A stretch of 64,000 nucleotides of DNA, taken from NCBI GenBank assembly GCA_050613775.1, contig JBODTK010000011.1:310001-374000 (forward strand), read 5' to 3'. The number at the start of each line of letters is the position of its first letter. Position 1 is the stretch's first letter. Source of the stretch: Neocallimastix sp. 'constans' (Eukaryota). Below the pieces are notes generated by a model that saw nothing but the letters and a program-made list of their open reading frames with translations, ran no database searches and was not told the DNA's origin. A program made the translations under genes and the position numbers. Below are positions 1 through 26,108 of the stretch, piece after piece.

Positions 1-98
1 AAATTAATACAGATAACAATATAATATAATATAATATATATTTATTATATTTATCTGTAAAATATAAAAAATATTGTATATAAAAATTAAACACTTAC

Positions 99-266
99 AG
101 ATTGTCCATGATATATTTTTGAACTTTCACCTTCGCTACCATTACAATAGTATGAATCTTTATTATAAAATTGATGAAGTTTTTCTGGACTATTGTTCAT
201 GATGGTATAATATTCTTGAACAAATAACCAACTAACTTCAAATGGACTAAACTTCTTATCAGACAT
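99..266 (-). CDS. First coding exon of an NTF2-domain protein (G3BP/Nxt3/Bre5-like); the gene continues off the left edge
   Basis: Translates MSDKKFSPFEVSWLFVQEYYTIMNNSPEKLHQFYNKDSYYCNGSEGESSKIYHGQS, followed by a GTAAGT donor at 98. The EVxWxFVxxYY...PEKLHxFY motif is typical of the G3BP/Nxt3 NTF2 domain. An AG directly before the ATG suggests a 5'UTR intron. Confidence 0.8.
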
Positions 267-1959
267 CTATATATATTAATAATTAATTATAAAAATAAGA
301 TATTATTGAACAATACTAAAACAATATATATACAATTATATATTCTAAACTATTTTAATAATATTAACCCCAAATCTTTATATATTTATAAATAGTAATA
401 CATTAATACAAAGAAAAAAAAAACATTTTAATTTATACTATTTATGATCATATTAATCTATTTACTTATTTTTAAAACTAACGTTAACAACAATGATATT
501 AATAATGATAATACAATATTATATACTTTATATGTATATATATTTTTTATATAAATAATTAAGTAAAATACTATTTTATTTGTTTGTTTGTTTGATTATC
601 ACATTATTGTTCAAGTATTTTTTTAACTTTATTATCATTTTATTATTTATAAATATATATATTAACTTCTCTACTATAATAGTATAATTTTTAAAATATA
701 AAAAAAATCATTTTAAATACATATAAAAATTATATACACTAACCTTGAAAAAGAATATATAATTATTAAATTAAATTAAAATAAATATAAAATATAGTAG
801 TGTTTATAAAATAATAAATATTTAGGTTTTCTGTTATTTTATAATTATATATAATTAAAATTTAATAGTTTTTTTTTTTTATTCAAAATTTTTTTTAAAT
901 TTTATTTCATTATATATTTTATATTGTATAAAGTTTATCAATTATTTTATTTGAAAATTTGATGATAAATGTATTTTTGTTATTGTTTTATGTATTTTAT
1001 ATATTTTTAATAGGTTTTTACAATTATAATTATAGAAATAATAATATATATTAAAATAAAAAATATTAATTTGAAATTTTAAATTAATATTATATTATGA
1101 AAGATCTATTTAACTTTTAAAAGATACATATAATAAAATAATTTTATATAATATATATATGTTTTCTGCATTTTAAATGTTTTTATTTTTTTTTACCTTT
1201 TTGTAATAAAGAAATAGTATTACTGATTTGATTTCAATAAAACGCAAAAAATTTTAATTTGATGTTTGTGGAGAGCGTATTACGAATAAATATATATATA
1301 TATATATTTCGCTTTTTTTTTTTTTTTTTTTTTTTTTATTAAATGATATATAAGGGTTATATTAATAAATTATATAATATTTATAAAATTAATTTTTAAT
1401 TTAAAAAAAAAAAAAAAAAAAGGAATTTAAAATATAATCTTTAAGTTTTCTCTTTTTTTTTTTTTTTTTTTTTTATTATTAATATTATTGTTTTATTAAA
1501 GAACAAAGTGAACTTTTTCTTTTTTTATTTTTTTATAAATAAATAAAATAAAAATAAAATAAATATAAATATATATATATTTATGAAAAAAAATGTTAAA
1601 AAAAGAAAAAAAGATTAAACGTTTATGGATTGTTTAAAAAAGTATTAATATATAAATATAAATAAGTGAATAAATTAAATAATATTAAGATAAATATATT
1701 AATAAATACAATAAATAATTAAATAAATAAATAATTTTTTTTTATTTACTTTGCAAATAAAATTTTTTTTAAATTAATTTTTTTAAATTATTGACAATTT
1801 AAAATAATATATTATGAAATATATTATGAATATAATATAATTTAATTTAAATATAAATTAATGAAATAAAAATTAATAATTAATTTTATAATTTAATTAA
1901 AAAAAATTTTAATAATAAAAAAAAAATTATAAAATATTAAATATTAAATGTTAATAATA

Positions 1960-2400
1960 AATAATAAATAATAAATAATTGAATAATAAATAATAAATAA
2001 TAAATAATAAATAATAAATAAATAATTGAATAATAAATAATAAATAATAAATAATAAGAAGAGTATTTATTAATAAATAATAAATAATAAATAATAAATA
2101 ATAAATAATAAATAATAAATAATAAATAATAAATAATAAATAATAAATAATAAATAATAAATAATAGTAAAAAGAGTATTTATTAAAAAATAATAAATAA
2201 TAATTAATAAATAATAAATAATTGAATAATAAATTATAAATAATAAAAAATAGTAAAAAGAGTATTTATTAATATATAATAAATATTAAATAATAAATAA
2301 TAAATAATAATATTAAAAATATAAATATATAAATATTAAATAATAAAAAGAATAAAAAGAGTATTTATTAATAAATAATAAATAATTAATATTTGAATAA
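1960..2400 (+). repeat. Complex minisatellite: (AATAAAT)n interrupted by AAGAGTATTTATTA (copy 1 of 3)
   Basis: Motif seen at about 2059, 2172, 2257 and 2356 within the heptamer backbone. Confidence 0.8.
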
Positions 2401-3698
2401 TACATTATTAGAAATAAAAATGAAAATTTTAAATAATAAAAAGGAATAAGAATGTTAAGTTAATAATAAGTTAACATGATTAGTTTGAAAAATAAAAAAA
2501 AAAGTATTAAATTGCATTTATTATTTTTTATATTGGCTCTTAGTTGTATTTTAAATATTTAATATTTTACTTCGTTTTACCTTTTTAAAAAAAAAAAACA
2601 ATAACAAAAAAAAACTTTCTTTATAATAAATCTTTTCATGAATAATTTTTTTCTTTTCTTTTCTTTTCTTTTCTTTTCTTTTATTTTATTTTATTTTATT
2701 TTATTTTATTTTATATTCATTGATATAAGTTCTTTCATTTCTTTTTTTTGTTTCATTTTAATTTTTCAAACTTTCAACAAAGAAATAAAAAAAAATTAAT
2801 AAAAGTATTCTAATATATGGAATAAATCAATAGTGTAATATATTATTACATATATTATGAGTCGAATGAATTTAATAAAAATAAAATCTAAAATAAGAAA
2901 TTTAATTAAAAAAAATTTAAAAATTTAAAAAAATCTTTTTTTTTTATATATTTTAAAAATTATATTAATAAAAATAATAATTAATTATAATTAATAATAA
3001 TAATAATAATTAATAATAATAAATAATAATAATAATAATAATATTTTAATTTAATTAATATCATCTTTCAATTATTCTTTTATTATTTAAAATTTCTCTA
3101 ATATTATTTAAAAAAAAAAAAAAGAGAGAAAAAGATTATACATATATATATACACGTATTATACTTATATTAATAGGTATATAAACATATATGTATGTAA
3201 AGATGGTAGTATATGTAGAGCTAAATACATCTACAAAAATACATTACATCAATTAATTAAAGTCATTCAAACTTTATAGGAAATACCCTTTCATCATAAA
3301 TTAATAAATAGCAAGTTTTTAAAAATAAATAATATATCATAAATTGATAATAAATATTTTATAATAACATAATAAATTCTAAAAATAGAAAAGAATGATT
3401 TATTCATTAACAATATTATTAATAATATAAATATAAACTAATTTAGAAAAAAAAAAAAAAAAAAAAAAAAAGAGAGAGAAAAGTTTGATAGTATAGGTTT
3501 GAGTTTTAAAATAAAAAAAAAAGTATACACATATAAACATATAACAAATGAATATAAATAAAATTTCAATTAATTAAACATTAAAGAATATAATCAAAAT
3601 TTTATATAAAGTAAACTAAATAATTTTGTTAGAAAAAAAAAAGGTTAAAATAACATAATTAATCTTATTAATGATATACATGTTTATATTTTTTATTC

Positions 3699-3730
<32 letters not shown>

Positions 3731-5469
3731 CTCTTAGTAATCTTAATTAGTAATCTTATTTGATAATTTTTCAATATTATAAGGATAATTAATTTTGTTG
3801 TAATAACATAAAATTTTGAAATTTATTAATGATATTAATAATAGTGAAAGATAATGGAATTATTAAATTGAATATTGGTTAGGATTATAAAAAAATTATG
3901 TAATTTGTGCTTTAATGAAGACCTTTATGATGGCTATGAGTTTATGAGGTACACTATCCTGGATATGAATTGAAAAAAAATAACAGGCCTGTCCTTCCAT
4001 ATATTTATAAAAAAAAATAAATAAGAATTATAGTCTAGAAGATGAAATTTAAATATAAATGAATAAAGCAATATAAAGTATGAAAAAAAACATATAAAAT
4101 TAACAAAATTAAAATAGAACTACAATTTAATCTAAAATAAATTATTGAAAAGAATAAAAATAAAAAAGTTTAGCAACAGAATTAGTAAAACACATCAAAA
4201 ATATAGAAATATATATTATAAATTTAATAATTCAAAAATAGATTAATTTAAAAAATTTTCAAATGCTTATCCTTTTCAATAATAATCCAAACTAATACTT
4301 CAATTTCTTTTCAAAACTTTTAAAAAAATTAAAAAAAAAAAAAATAAAAAAATAAAAAAAGCCTTATTATAAAAGTTATTAACCATGAAATTGATTTTTA
4401 AAAAAAAAAAAAAAAAAAAACTATTAATATAAAATCAATTAAATAAAAATAGATATAAATTATATGAACAATACATATAATTATATATAATTAAACATAT
4501 TAATTTATACTACACATATATTAGATATGTATGGAACATAACAATTAGTATTTTTATTATTTATTAATATTTTAATTAATTATTTTTATAATTATTATAA
4601 AATTTATTAAGTTATTAAATTATTTATCCATTATATTTAAATTAATATATTATTTAATACTTTATTTATTTATTTAATACTTTATTTATTTATTTATTAA
4701 ATTTACATGAATATTTTTAATAAATATTTATTTATTAAAATCTCAAATTTCTATTGGTTAATTTAAATATAAAAATAAAAAAAATATAGAAAGTCCATTT
4801 TTTAAAATAAAATAAATAAAATAATTAAACAAATTACAAGTATTTCCATTTTATTATTATATATATATTTAACTTTTAATTCCATTTTAAATTTTATTTT
4901 ATCTAATATTAATAATATATTAAAAAATATTCTAAATATAAAAAATAAATTTTTATTTCATGAACAATTATTTTATCTTCAATAGTAATATATCTGATTA
5001 TTATAATAATACCAATTTACATTCATTTAAATGGTTATTGAATTCAAAATAATTAAATACATAAAGTAAATAAAAAGATTCAATTGCTTAAAAAAACTTA
5101 AACTAAATAATTTATTTTTATATTAATATTAATAATAATATTATTATTATTATTTAAGAAGTTTAATTCTAATATTTCATCCTTTTACATATAACTCTAT
5201 AACTTTTTATTAATATGGTTTTTATTAAAAAAAATTATTTATATGAAGTATATCCAATTATATAAATTGTTAACTTTTATTTTAATGTAAAAAAAGAGTA
5301 TGATTATTTTATTTATTTATTTTTTAAAAATTGAGATGAAATTAAATATATAATTTCCTTTTTTTAAATAAAGAATTAATTATAATAATACATAAATTTA
5401 TTAATACATTAATTTGATTTAGTTTTTTTTTTTTTTTAAAGTTAAATTTTATAACTTTAAAAATAAATA

Positions 5470-5500
<31 letters not shown>

Positions 5501-5579
5501 TAAAATAAAAGTAAAAATATTTACACTAAATGCTAATCAAGACTATTAACTGCATAACTTATAAATTAATTTAAATTTT

Positions 5580-5622
<43 letters not shown>

Positions 5623-6182
5623 TTAATCAAACTTAAAATTCTAATTTAATTAAATGAACTCTCTTGATCTAAATTATTCTAAGAAATATTTTTTTTATTA
5701 TTTAAATATTAAATTTTTATTGTTCTAATAAAACAAATATTTTTTTTTTTAATTTTTTTTGTTTATTTAATTTACTTATCATTAAAAGTAAAATTTATAA
5801 TAAATTAAATAAACAAAATAATTACCTAATTAAAAATTGATGAGCTTTTCTTACATTAAGATTAACCTTTTGCCATTATTAAAAAACTTTCAACTTTATT
5901 TAGTTTTATTTATTAACAAATATTGAAATAAAACTTTTCCTTTAATATATATTTTGTTATTTTTATTTTAGTATTAAAAACATCTTTATTATACTTTCTA
6001 TAATTTTTCCTTTGAAAGTTTTTTTTTTTTTTTTTTTAATTAATAATTAATAATCTTAAAAATTTTATCCAATTTATTAAATATAGTAAAAAAAAATTTT
6101 TATAAGCATTTATAGTTTTTTTTTTTTTTTTTTTCTTTTTTAAATTATAGTTTAATAACAATTGTTATTTATTTATTATTTA

Positions 6183-6222
<40 letters not shown>

Positions 6223-6764
6223 AGAAAATAAATAATAAAAAATAGATTATTAAATTTTATAAAAATGTAAAAAGTTTATGTACATCATAATTAATTCATG
6301 TATTTAATATTTAATAGTTGAATTTTAGAAAGTATTGAATATATACACAATATTTTTTAATTATTAACTCATTTATCATTTTTTATATATTAAATGTATT
6401 TTACCTAAAATTAATATAATCATTTTTAAATAGATGAAACAGCTAACCCTAAAAATTTAAAATATATTAGTTTTTAACTAACCTAATCTTAGGAAGCCTA
6501 AATTATTTATTTTAAAAATATTGATAAAAATCACTTCTATTTGCTTATTTACTAACTTTATTTATTTGAAGCAAAGGACTTATTTTTACGAATACATATT
6601 TTAATGATATTTATACATATAAAATACATTTGATGGTCATATCTATTTAAATACATATAATACATGTTTCATATTAACTATATAAACTATACATTAGTAT
6701 TATAGATCCTTATCAATCTATTACTAATGGAAAAATAAATATTATTCATGATATTAATAATGAC

Positions 6765-9700
6765 TGTTGACTGCACTCATAATTTAACTATATATTTAAT
6801 TTATTTATTTATTTATAATATTTATTTATATTTATGTGTATATATTTGTTTATATTTAATGATTACATAAATTTTTATGTACTATGACTATCGTCGTATA
6901 AATCTATGTTAATGATCTTTTAATATTTATTTAATTAATTTTTAAGTGACTTACTTAACTACTTATTTAAAACTGTAAGATAGATCATACATTTATTTTC
7001 CTTGTATACCATATTCCATAAGGAATATTATTATTGATCTAAATTTAATAAAGCTAATAGATTAAGAGTCTTAGTTGACTCATATCATTTATTATTAAAA
7101 GTACATAATTAAATCGCTTCACCTCTACGAAATCATGCAAGACTATAACTTTGTTGAGGATCAAGGTCTCCATGGAAAGTCCAACTTTAATGAGTGGAAA
7201 TTCCTTTATTGACAAGCCGCTAAACGTCAAGGCATTAAGAAATTCATGGAAGTCGATGTCGTTGGAAAACTCAATGACGGAAGGTTTTATTTACAACCCC
7301 AATACCAACGATGTTACCAACAGGGTAATTACTAAATTAATTACCAAAATGTTTACCGCAAGCTCCTGCTGCACCTTATTCAAAACAACAATGCTAAGAA
7401 GGTTAATCGAAACAATAAAATTGACATTAATACTCAGCTAACTAACTTTTTTTTAGTAATCCTCTTGATCATATCAGATTAGTTGAGGAAACAGAAAGGA
7501 TCGACGCTGACATGACGTAAGAACGTCGATGAGTCTGTTTTAAGAGAAATTTAGCAGACATAATAATGGTTTCTGTGTAATGGAAAGACTTAAATCAAAA
7601 TATGGAAATTCTAATGGTGATATGGAATACTGGCTTAAAAGGTTAAAAAGTATTAAAGCCAGAGATAGAACTCAAATCATCTGAAAGCAAGAATTTATGA
7701 CATAAGCTTTCGATGATATGGAAGAATAACATGGGGAGATCACAGAGATACGGAAAAATTAAAATATTTCTACAATGTATTACCAAGGATGATTATATAT
7801 AAAAATATCATTCAAATTAATTTGAATAGTGACAATGACCAAACCTATATATTAATAATCTCAAGGGATTTATTTATGCAAAATCTTACCTAGAAAGCTG
7901 GGAAGATAACAAAACCATTAAAAAAAGATGATCCAATGGATCTTTAATTTTATCAGTAGAAGAAGAAGAACTAGTAATTCCTCCAAGAAAAATCAACACA
8001 ACCATCATAATAAATAAAAGCTCTAACTCCAAGAACAGAGGAAAGCCAAATGTTAACCATTATAACAATAATAATAAAGATAATAATAACAAAGACAATA
8101 ATAATAAACTATATTGCCACATTTGTGAAGTTAGATGACACTCTACTAGAAATTGAATTTATAATATGAAAACAAAGTCAAATAATAATAAAGGGAGGCA
8201 AGAAAAGCTTCAAGTAAAGACCACATTAAATGATTATCCAATGAAGTCTTTACATTTTGTAAGTAAAATCCCTGATCCAGACACGTGCCAGCAGTTATGA
8301 TGATAATTTTGATTTTGAAGATGCAAGGGCTCTAATAGAAAAACAAGAAGAAATAAACATTAATAACAAAACTAAAATTTACTGGATTAATTGAATATGT
8401 GAATGATATGTTCATTATTCCGGAAGAAATAATAATTCCTAAGAAAAAAGAGGAATTATATATAAACAATATCAATTAATATGAAGAAGATGATAAGGCT
8501 AGTAAATGGTTATATGATACGAGTGCTGGATAACACATAACTCATGATTTTAATTTGTTAAATAATTTTATTCACTGTAAAATAAAATTAAGATGTACCA
8601 ATGGGACAATGTGTAAATCGAAGGATATGGTACTTACGAATGCTACATTAATGGAATATATGTAAGACTAGACAGAGTATTATATTCAAAATATGCAACT
8701 AAAATTCTTATTAGTGGAATAGAACTGGCTAAAATAGGATACAGAGTCAATATTAACACCGATGATTACATACATGGTAGATATAACCTATGGGGTCCAA
8801 ATAATGTATATATAGGTACGTATTATTCTTCCAATGTTACATCAATTCTTAGTAAATACTTACAAGATTAATAATAAAGACATAGAAGAAAAAATGATAA
8901 AAATATTATGGGCTTTAAACGAAGTTGATGAAAAAAAGAAAAAAGCCTTGAAATTTAGCATAGAAGAACTAGGTTATAATTATCAAGAAAACATAAATAA
9001 ATATCTAACTTTACACCAAATAAAAGTTCCTAAATGTATAGAATATAAAGTAGCTAAAATGTCAAGGAAATCACGTGGAAGAAAGACACCAAAAGCTACG
9101 AAAATATTAGAAATTATACATTCGGATATTTCAGGTCCATACAGTTCATCTGTTAATAATAAAAAAAAAAAAATACTTTATTACATTCATGGATGAATTT
9201 TCAAGAAAAGTATGGATAATATACTTTAAAATCTAAAGCCGAAGCCCCCAAAATATTTGTGGAATTCTTCAAATGCTTAAATAACCAGTTTGAAGAATAT
9301 AATATCATAAAATATTTAAATCAGATGGAAGTAAAGAATTTTAAAAAAATAAAACAATTAATAAATACTGTAAAGAAAATGGGATAGAAAAAAAAAAACC
9401 TATTCTCATCCAAGGTTGTCCTGAAGTTAATTGAAAAGCTGAAAGAGTAAACTGAACTCTTAAAAACTCAGCTAAAACTCTGCTATATTGGGCAGAATTA
9501 TCAGAAAACCTTTGGAATTTTGTCATAAAACAGGCATGTTATATATATATATATAACTTAATTCCCCATTCAAGAAATAAATTTTTAATACCCAATGAAG
9601 AATTTTATAAACAAAAAAAAATAGAGTTAAAACATTTAAAAAACTTTTAGTTGTTTGTGTTATCACAGGGATGATACACAACACAAAATCAAAATTTTTA

Positions 9701-10155
9701 CCAAATGCTAAGAAGGGCGTATTCTTAGGATTTGATGATAAAAAATATTCATACATAATCATGGATATTAAAAATTAATAAAAAATGCATTATAACTAAC
9801 AATGCAGAATTCGTTGAAGAAGAGCCTAGTCAATACAAATATGAAGTAAAGCAATTATAAAGACCCTTACTTCTCATTCATAAAAGACAACAATAGAAAA
9901 GACAGGAATCCGGAAGAAAATAATATAAATGAAGAAAATAATATAAATGAAGAAAATAGTATAAATGAAGAAAATAATATAAATGAAGAAAATAATATAA
10001 ATGAAGAAAATAGTATAAATGAAGAAAATAATATAAATGAAAAAAATAATATAAATGAAGAAAATAATATAAATGAAGAAAATAATATAAATGAAGAAAA
10101 TAATATAAATGAAGAAAATAATATAAATGAAGAAAATAATATAAATAAAGAAAAT
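6765..10155 (+). mobile_element. Degraded Ty1/copia LTR retrotransposon (5' LTR, PBS, gag, protease, integrase); 3' part missing
   Basis: Putative LTR TGTTGA..GCTAATA at 6765-7059, then PBS GATTAAGAGTCT. Gag remnant VMERLKSKYGNSNGDMEYWLKRL and decayed knuckle YCHICEVR*HSTRN. Protease WLYDTSAG*HIT near 8510. Integrase LEIIHSDISGP, MDEFSRKVW, KSDGSKEF and KAERVN. Many stops and frameshifts. Confidence 0.88.
9913..10155 (+). repeat. 18-bp tandem repeat GAAGAAAATAATATAAAT (~13.5 units, reads EENNIN)
   Basis: Directly visible; lies in the linker after integrase in the copia pol. Confidence 0.95.
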
Positions 10156-10157
10156 AT

Positions 10158-10537
10158 ATTTTTTTTTTGTTTTGTTTTGTTTTATTTGACAGGATAAGAT
10201 TTTATTTTGTATACTCTTATTGTCTTTAAAAGAATTCAGTGGAATTTGTAATTAGTGATAAACACCAATGCTCCAGAATCAATAGAGTGAATTACCAATG
10301 ATGGAATACTAATGATGCTACTACAAGAGAAGGTTTCGATATTACCCTTTTAATTATTTCCTTATTTTCTTTTCTTCTTCATTGATAACAATTTGATTTA
10401 TTGTTTCAGTTTTTTTTTTTTTAACATATTGGATGATTTTCGTCTATGATGATCATTTTCTTTACTATTCTTTTTATCTATACCTAAAATTGATAAAATT
10501 GACTTGTAAAACTTTGAATAGAGTTGATAACTTCTGG

Positions 10538-10568
<31 letters not shown>

Positions 10569-10913
10569 CATTAGGATTGATGAAAAACTACAAGAGGATC
10601 GGATAAAAAGAATATCAAAGTGTTTAGTTGTAACTCCTTTCCTTTTAAAATTCATTATCTTCAATACAAATGAAAGTGCATACGATGTATAGTAAAGTAA
10701 CTGTAGTACATATATACAGGACAAGACGCCATAATAGGCAAGCTGCTTTGCATTTATATATGTACTAACTCCCATAATTCAATTTAAATATCAAAAAAAA
10801 TAATAGGAAATGGTTAATTTTGAGCCCAATAACAAAATATAAATATTTTTACCAAAAAAACTTTTTTTCTACTGTAACATTATATTTTTATTCTTATTTT
10901 AAATTTTAGAAAA

Positions 10914-10953
<40 letters not shown>

Positions 10954-11760
10954 TTAAAATTAAATTAATTTAAAAAAAAAAAAATTAAATGAATTATACA
11001 GGTTTATAGGATATTAATTATAAACTACGGTTGTGTTCATAATCCAGAAATTAGAAGAGGACAAGAGAATAATAGATTTTTTTTTGTTAAGGAGAGTAGA
11101 TAACGTAAAGAATAGAAAATTTATTATTAGGAGAATAACAGATTATTGATAATTGCTCGAAATATAACAAAGAGAGTTTATAGTTTAGAGTAATGTGAAG
11201 GTGAAAAATTTAACAAAGAGGCTACGAAAAATTAATTTCTGTTAGTATATAATTTAAATTTAATCATGAACCTGATTATAATAATAATTGAAATAGTAAA
11301 GTGAAATAAGAAAGTAATATTTAGAAAATAATGGGTATAAATAAATTCAGAAAAAAAAGTTCTCTTATGGATTAGGGTTTGAATTGATGATCTCGAAAGA
11401 AAGAAATTTTATGATCTTTCTCCTTCAGAAGTGGCATTGGCCCGGGCTATAGCCTGTCTTACTTGTATTTTTAAGCGTTGATTGCTTCCTTGGTTAGTTT
11501 TGCGCTTATATTTTCGGAATAGTAACCCTTGCTGAGTAACTAACTAGCCTGAGGCATAATTTCTGTAAAAGAGAGCCGCAGATTACAAGCAAGATATGGC
11601 TTTTTTTTTTTTTTTTTTTTTTTGAATAATCAACCAGAAATGATTTGGTTCTTAAACAAAATATCCCATTTCTTTTTTTTAATATTTAGTTTAAATCTAC
11701 AATGTCTGCATCTCTTCCACCAAGAAGGAAGTTATATTAATTGGTACCACGTCACGTCAC
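10158..11760 (-). mobile_element. Probable degraded non-LTR (LINE) retrotransposon remnant
   Basis: On the minus strand it ends in (AAAAC)n plus an A-run at ~10158-10190. The 10398-10775 ORF has LKIMNFKRKGV..LFIRS..KFYKSILSILGIDKK, resembling the region after RT in LINE ORF2. NNKFSILYVIYSP near 11100 resembles an APE 'VYxP' strand. A basic ORF end QGLLFRKYKRKT..EGERS* lies near 11410-11530. Motifs are weak. Confidence 0.4.
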
Positions 11761-12516
11761 CTATAATGTAAATTTACATACTCATTATTTAGAAAATTAC
11801 TTAAAATTACCACGAATTTTCACCAATTCATTGAACGATTCACTAAATTAAAAATTTAGTTAGTAACGATACTATATAATATTCACTATCATTAATATTA
11901 ATATATTCCTATTTTTCACTTTTCACTATTTTCTACTCTTTATTAACAATTTATTATTTCTATTGTTACTATTATTAATATTATTAATATTATATATACT
12001 TCGTTACTACTATCAGAATCAGAACTTAATTCTATATTATTCATATCTATGAACAACAGGTGTTTTACCTTACTATTTGATATTGGACAATATTTAGAAA
12101 TGATATAAAATTTTTTATGAAAAATATCAATATCATTTAAAATATTTCATTCGAGATACACCCGAAAAAATTAGCATTTAGATATATATATATAGATTTA
12201 ATTACTAAAAAAACAAAAAAAAAAAAAAATTTTTTTTATAAAAAATATGCTACATAATGATAATTATGATTACATTATTTTTAATTTTTATTATGTTATT
12301 AATTTTTATTAATTTTTAATTTTTTTATTATCTATTTATTTAAAAAAAAAAATAATAAATTAAATTACTATTTAGTAAATATTTATTTATTTTATATATT
12401 TATTAATCTATTTATATATATATATAAGCTAACTATAATATTATAATTAATATATATTTTATATAGTAATATAAACTATATTATAAAATAATAATTTTTT
12501 ATTTTATTTTATTATA

Positions 12517-12548
<32 letters not shown>

Positions 12549-12872
12549 GTTTTATTTTTATTTTTTTATTTTATATTGCTGTTATTATTATATATATATT
12601 TATATATAATTTTTTTTTTATATATATATATTTATATACATATTTCATAATATTTGATTTTTTGATTTTTGATTTTTATTATTATAAAAGAAAAAAAAAA
12701 AAAAAAATACTCTAAATTTTTACTTTATTTTATTTTATTTTATTTTTTTTCTTTTCTTTTATACATTTATTATTAAATGTTATTTTTTAAATTTTTTTAA
12801 TTTTTAATTTTATTTTTTATTTTTTATTTTTTATTTTTTATTTTTTATTTTTTTTATTTATGTTTTCTATTA

Positions 12873-12907
<35 letters not shown>

Positions 12908-13023
12908 CAAAATCGACTGGTTAAATAAAATAATAATGATAATAATAAATTATAAAAATGATTAATGATGTGACCTAATTTGACATTATTATTATAATTA
13001 TTATTTATTTATTTATTTTATTA

Positions 13024-13063
<40 letters not shown>

Positions 13064-13260
13064 TTCTTGTTTTCTTTAATTACATTTTTTTTTTTGCCGA
13101 TTTTCTTTCATCTCTTACTGATGATCTTTATTATTATTTTATTTTATATTTAATTTATTTTAATTTTTTATTCTTATTTTTAATTTTAATTTTAATGTTA
13201 ATTTTTATTTTAATTTTTATTTTTATTGTTACTTTTTATTTTGTTTTTATTTTTATTTTC

Positions 13261-13296
<36 letters not shown>

Positions 13297-13359
13297 TTTT
13301 TTTATTTTTCTTTTAATTTATTTTAATTTTTATTTTTATTTTTATTTTAATTTTTATTT

Positions 13360-24850
<11,491 letters not shown>

Positions 24851-24957
24851 GTTCTTTTTTTTTTTTTTTTTTTTTTTTACAATTTTTTAATTTTATACAA
24901 TTTTATTGATTTTATTGTTTTTTTATTTTTTTAAAAAAAAATAATAAAATATCTATA

Positions 24958-25035
<78 letters not shown>

Positions 25036-26073
25036 TTTGTATTATTTCTATTTATTTTTTCTTTTATTATTATTATTATTTTTGTATTATTTCTATTTAT
25101 TTTTTTTTTTTTTAACTTTCTTTTATAAGTTATTTTTACATACATCCATAAAGAAAAAGTTTTTTTTTTTTTTTTTTTTTTTTTTTCGTTTCTTCTTCTA
25201 TTATTTTCTTTTTCTTTACTTTATGGTAATAAATTAATATTTACAAAGTTTTTTATTTTTTCTTTTTTATCCATTTAATATACATATTATTTTTTTTTTT
25301 TTTAAAAATTTTGTGAAAGCAATTTGTCAATTATTGGTTATAAATTATAATGAATAATTGAAAATAAGAAGTTAAAAATTTTTTTTTTTTATCTTGTTTA
25401 TTTAGTTGAAATATTGATTATTTTATTAATATATCGTATCATTGAATTTTGGTAAATATACCAATTATGATAATAATATTTTTTTATTCCTTTTTTTTAT
25501 TCTATATAATATAACAATAATTATATACTAATAATTTTATATTTGTTTATTATATATTTATTTATTTTTTTTTTTGCAATTATAATTTCAATTGTTTCAT
25601 AAGAATTTCATAAGATTTTTTCAATGCAATTGATATATTAATATTAGTCGAAATGTAATAATATTATATTAGTTTAATATATTTATTTAATTGTTTTTAT
25701 ATCTATTTGTTTTTATTATTTTATTGTTAATATATTTCGTCTAGTATTAAAATAATCAATTGTTATTTCGCTTTTACTAAAAAAAAAAAAAAATGAATGA
25801 AAAATTCAACGAAGTTTTTATTTTGTTTTATTTTTTCTTTTTACTTCCTTTTCTTTTCTAAAATATACATAAAATAGTGATATAATACAAAGAATATAAA
25901 GAATAAATAAATAATTTATTTATTATAATAAATATGAAAAGGAATTAAATAAATATAATTATAAAAGTTCCAAACAATTAAAACTCTTTAAAATAACATA
26001 AAAAAAATAAATAAATAATTAAATAATTAAAATAATAAAAAGGAAAAAAAAAAAATTTAAAAACAATAAAGAA

Positions 26074-26108
<35 letters not shown>

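Noticed and set aside
6445..6454. CTAACCCTAA as a telomerase template or telomeric seed
   Set aside because: A single short match in AT-rich DNA with no supporting structure or array.
10590..10640. TKHFDI as the copia RNase H KHIDI motif
   Set aside because: Wrong strand for the adjacent copia element and no upstream DN/AE motifs; the context fits a LINE better.
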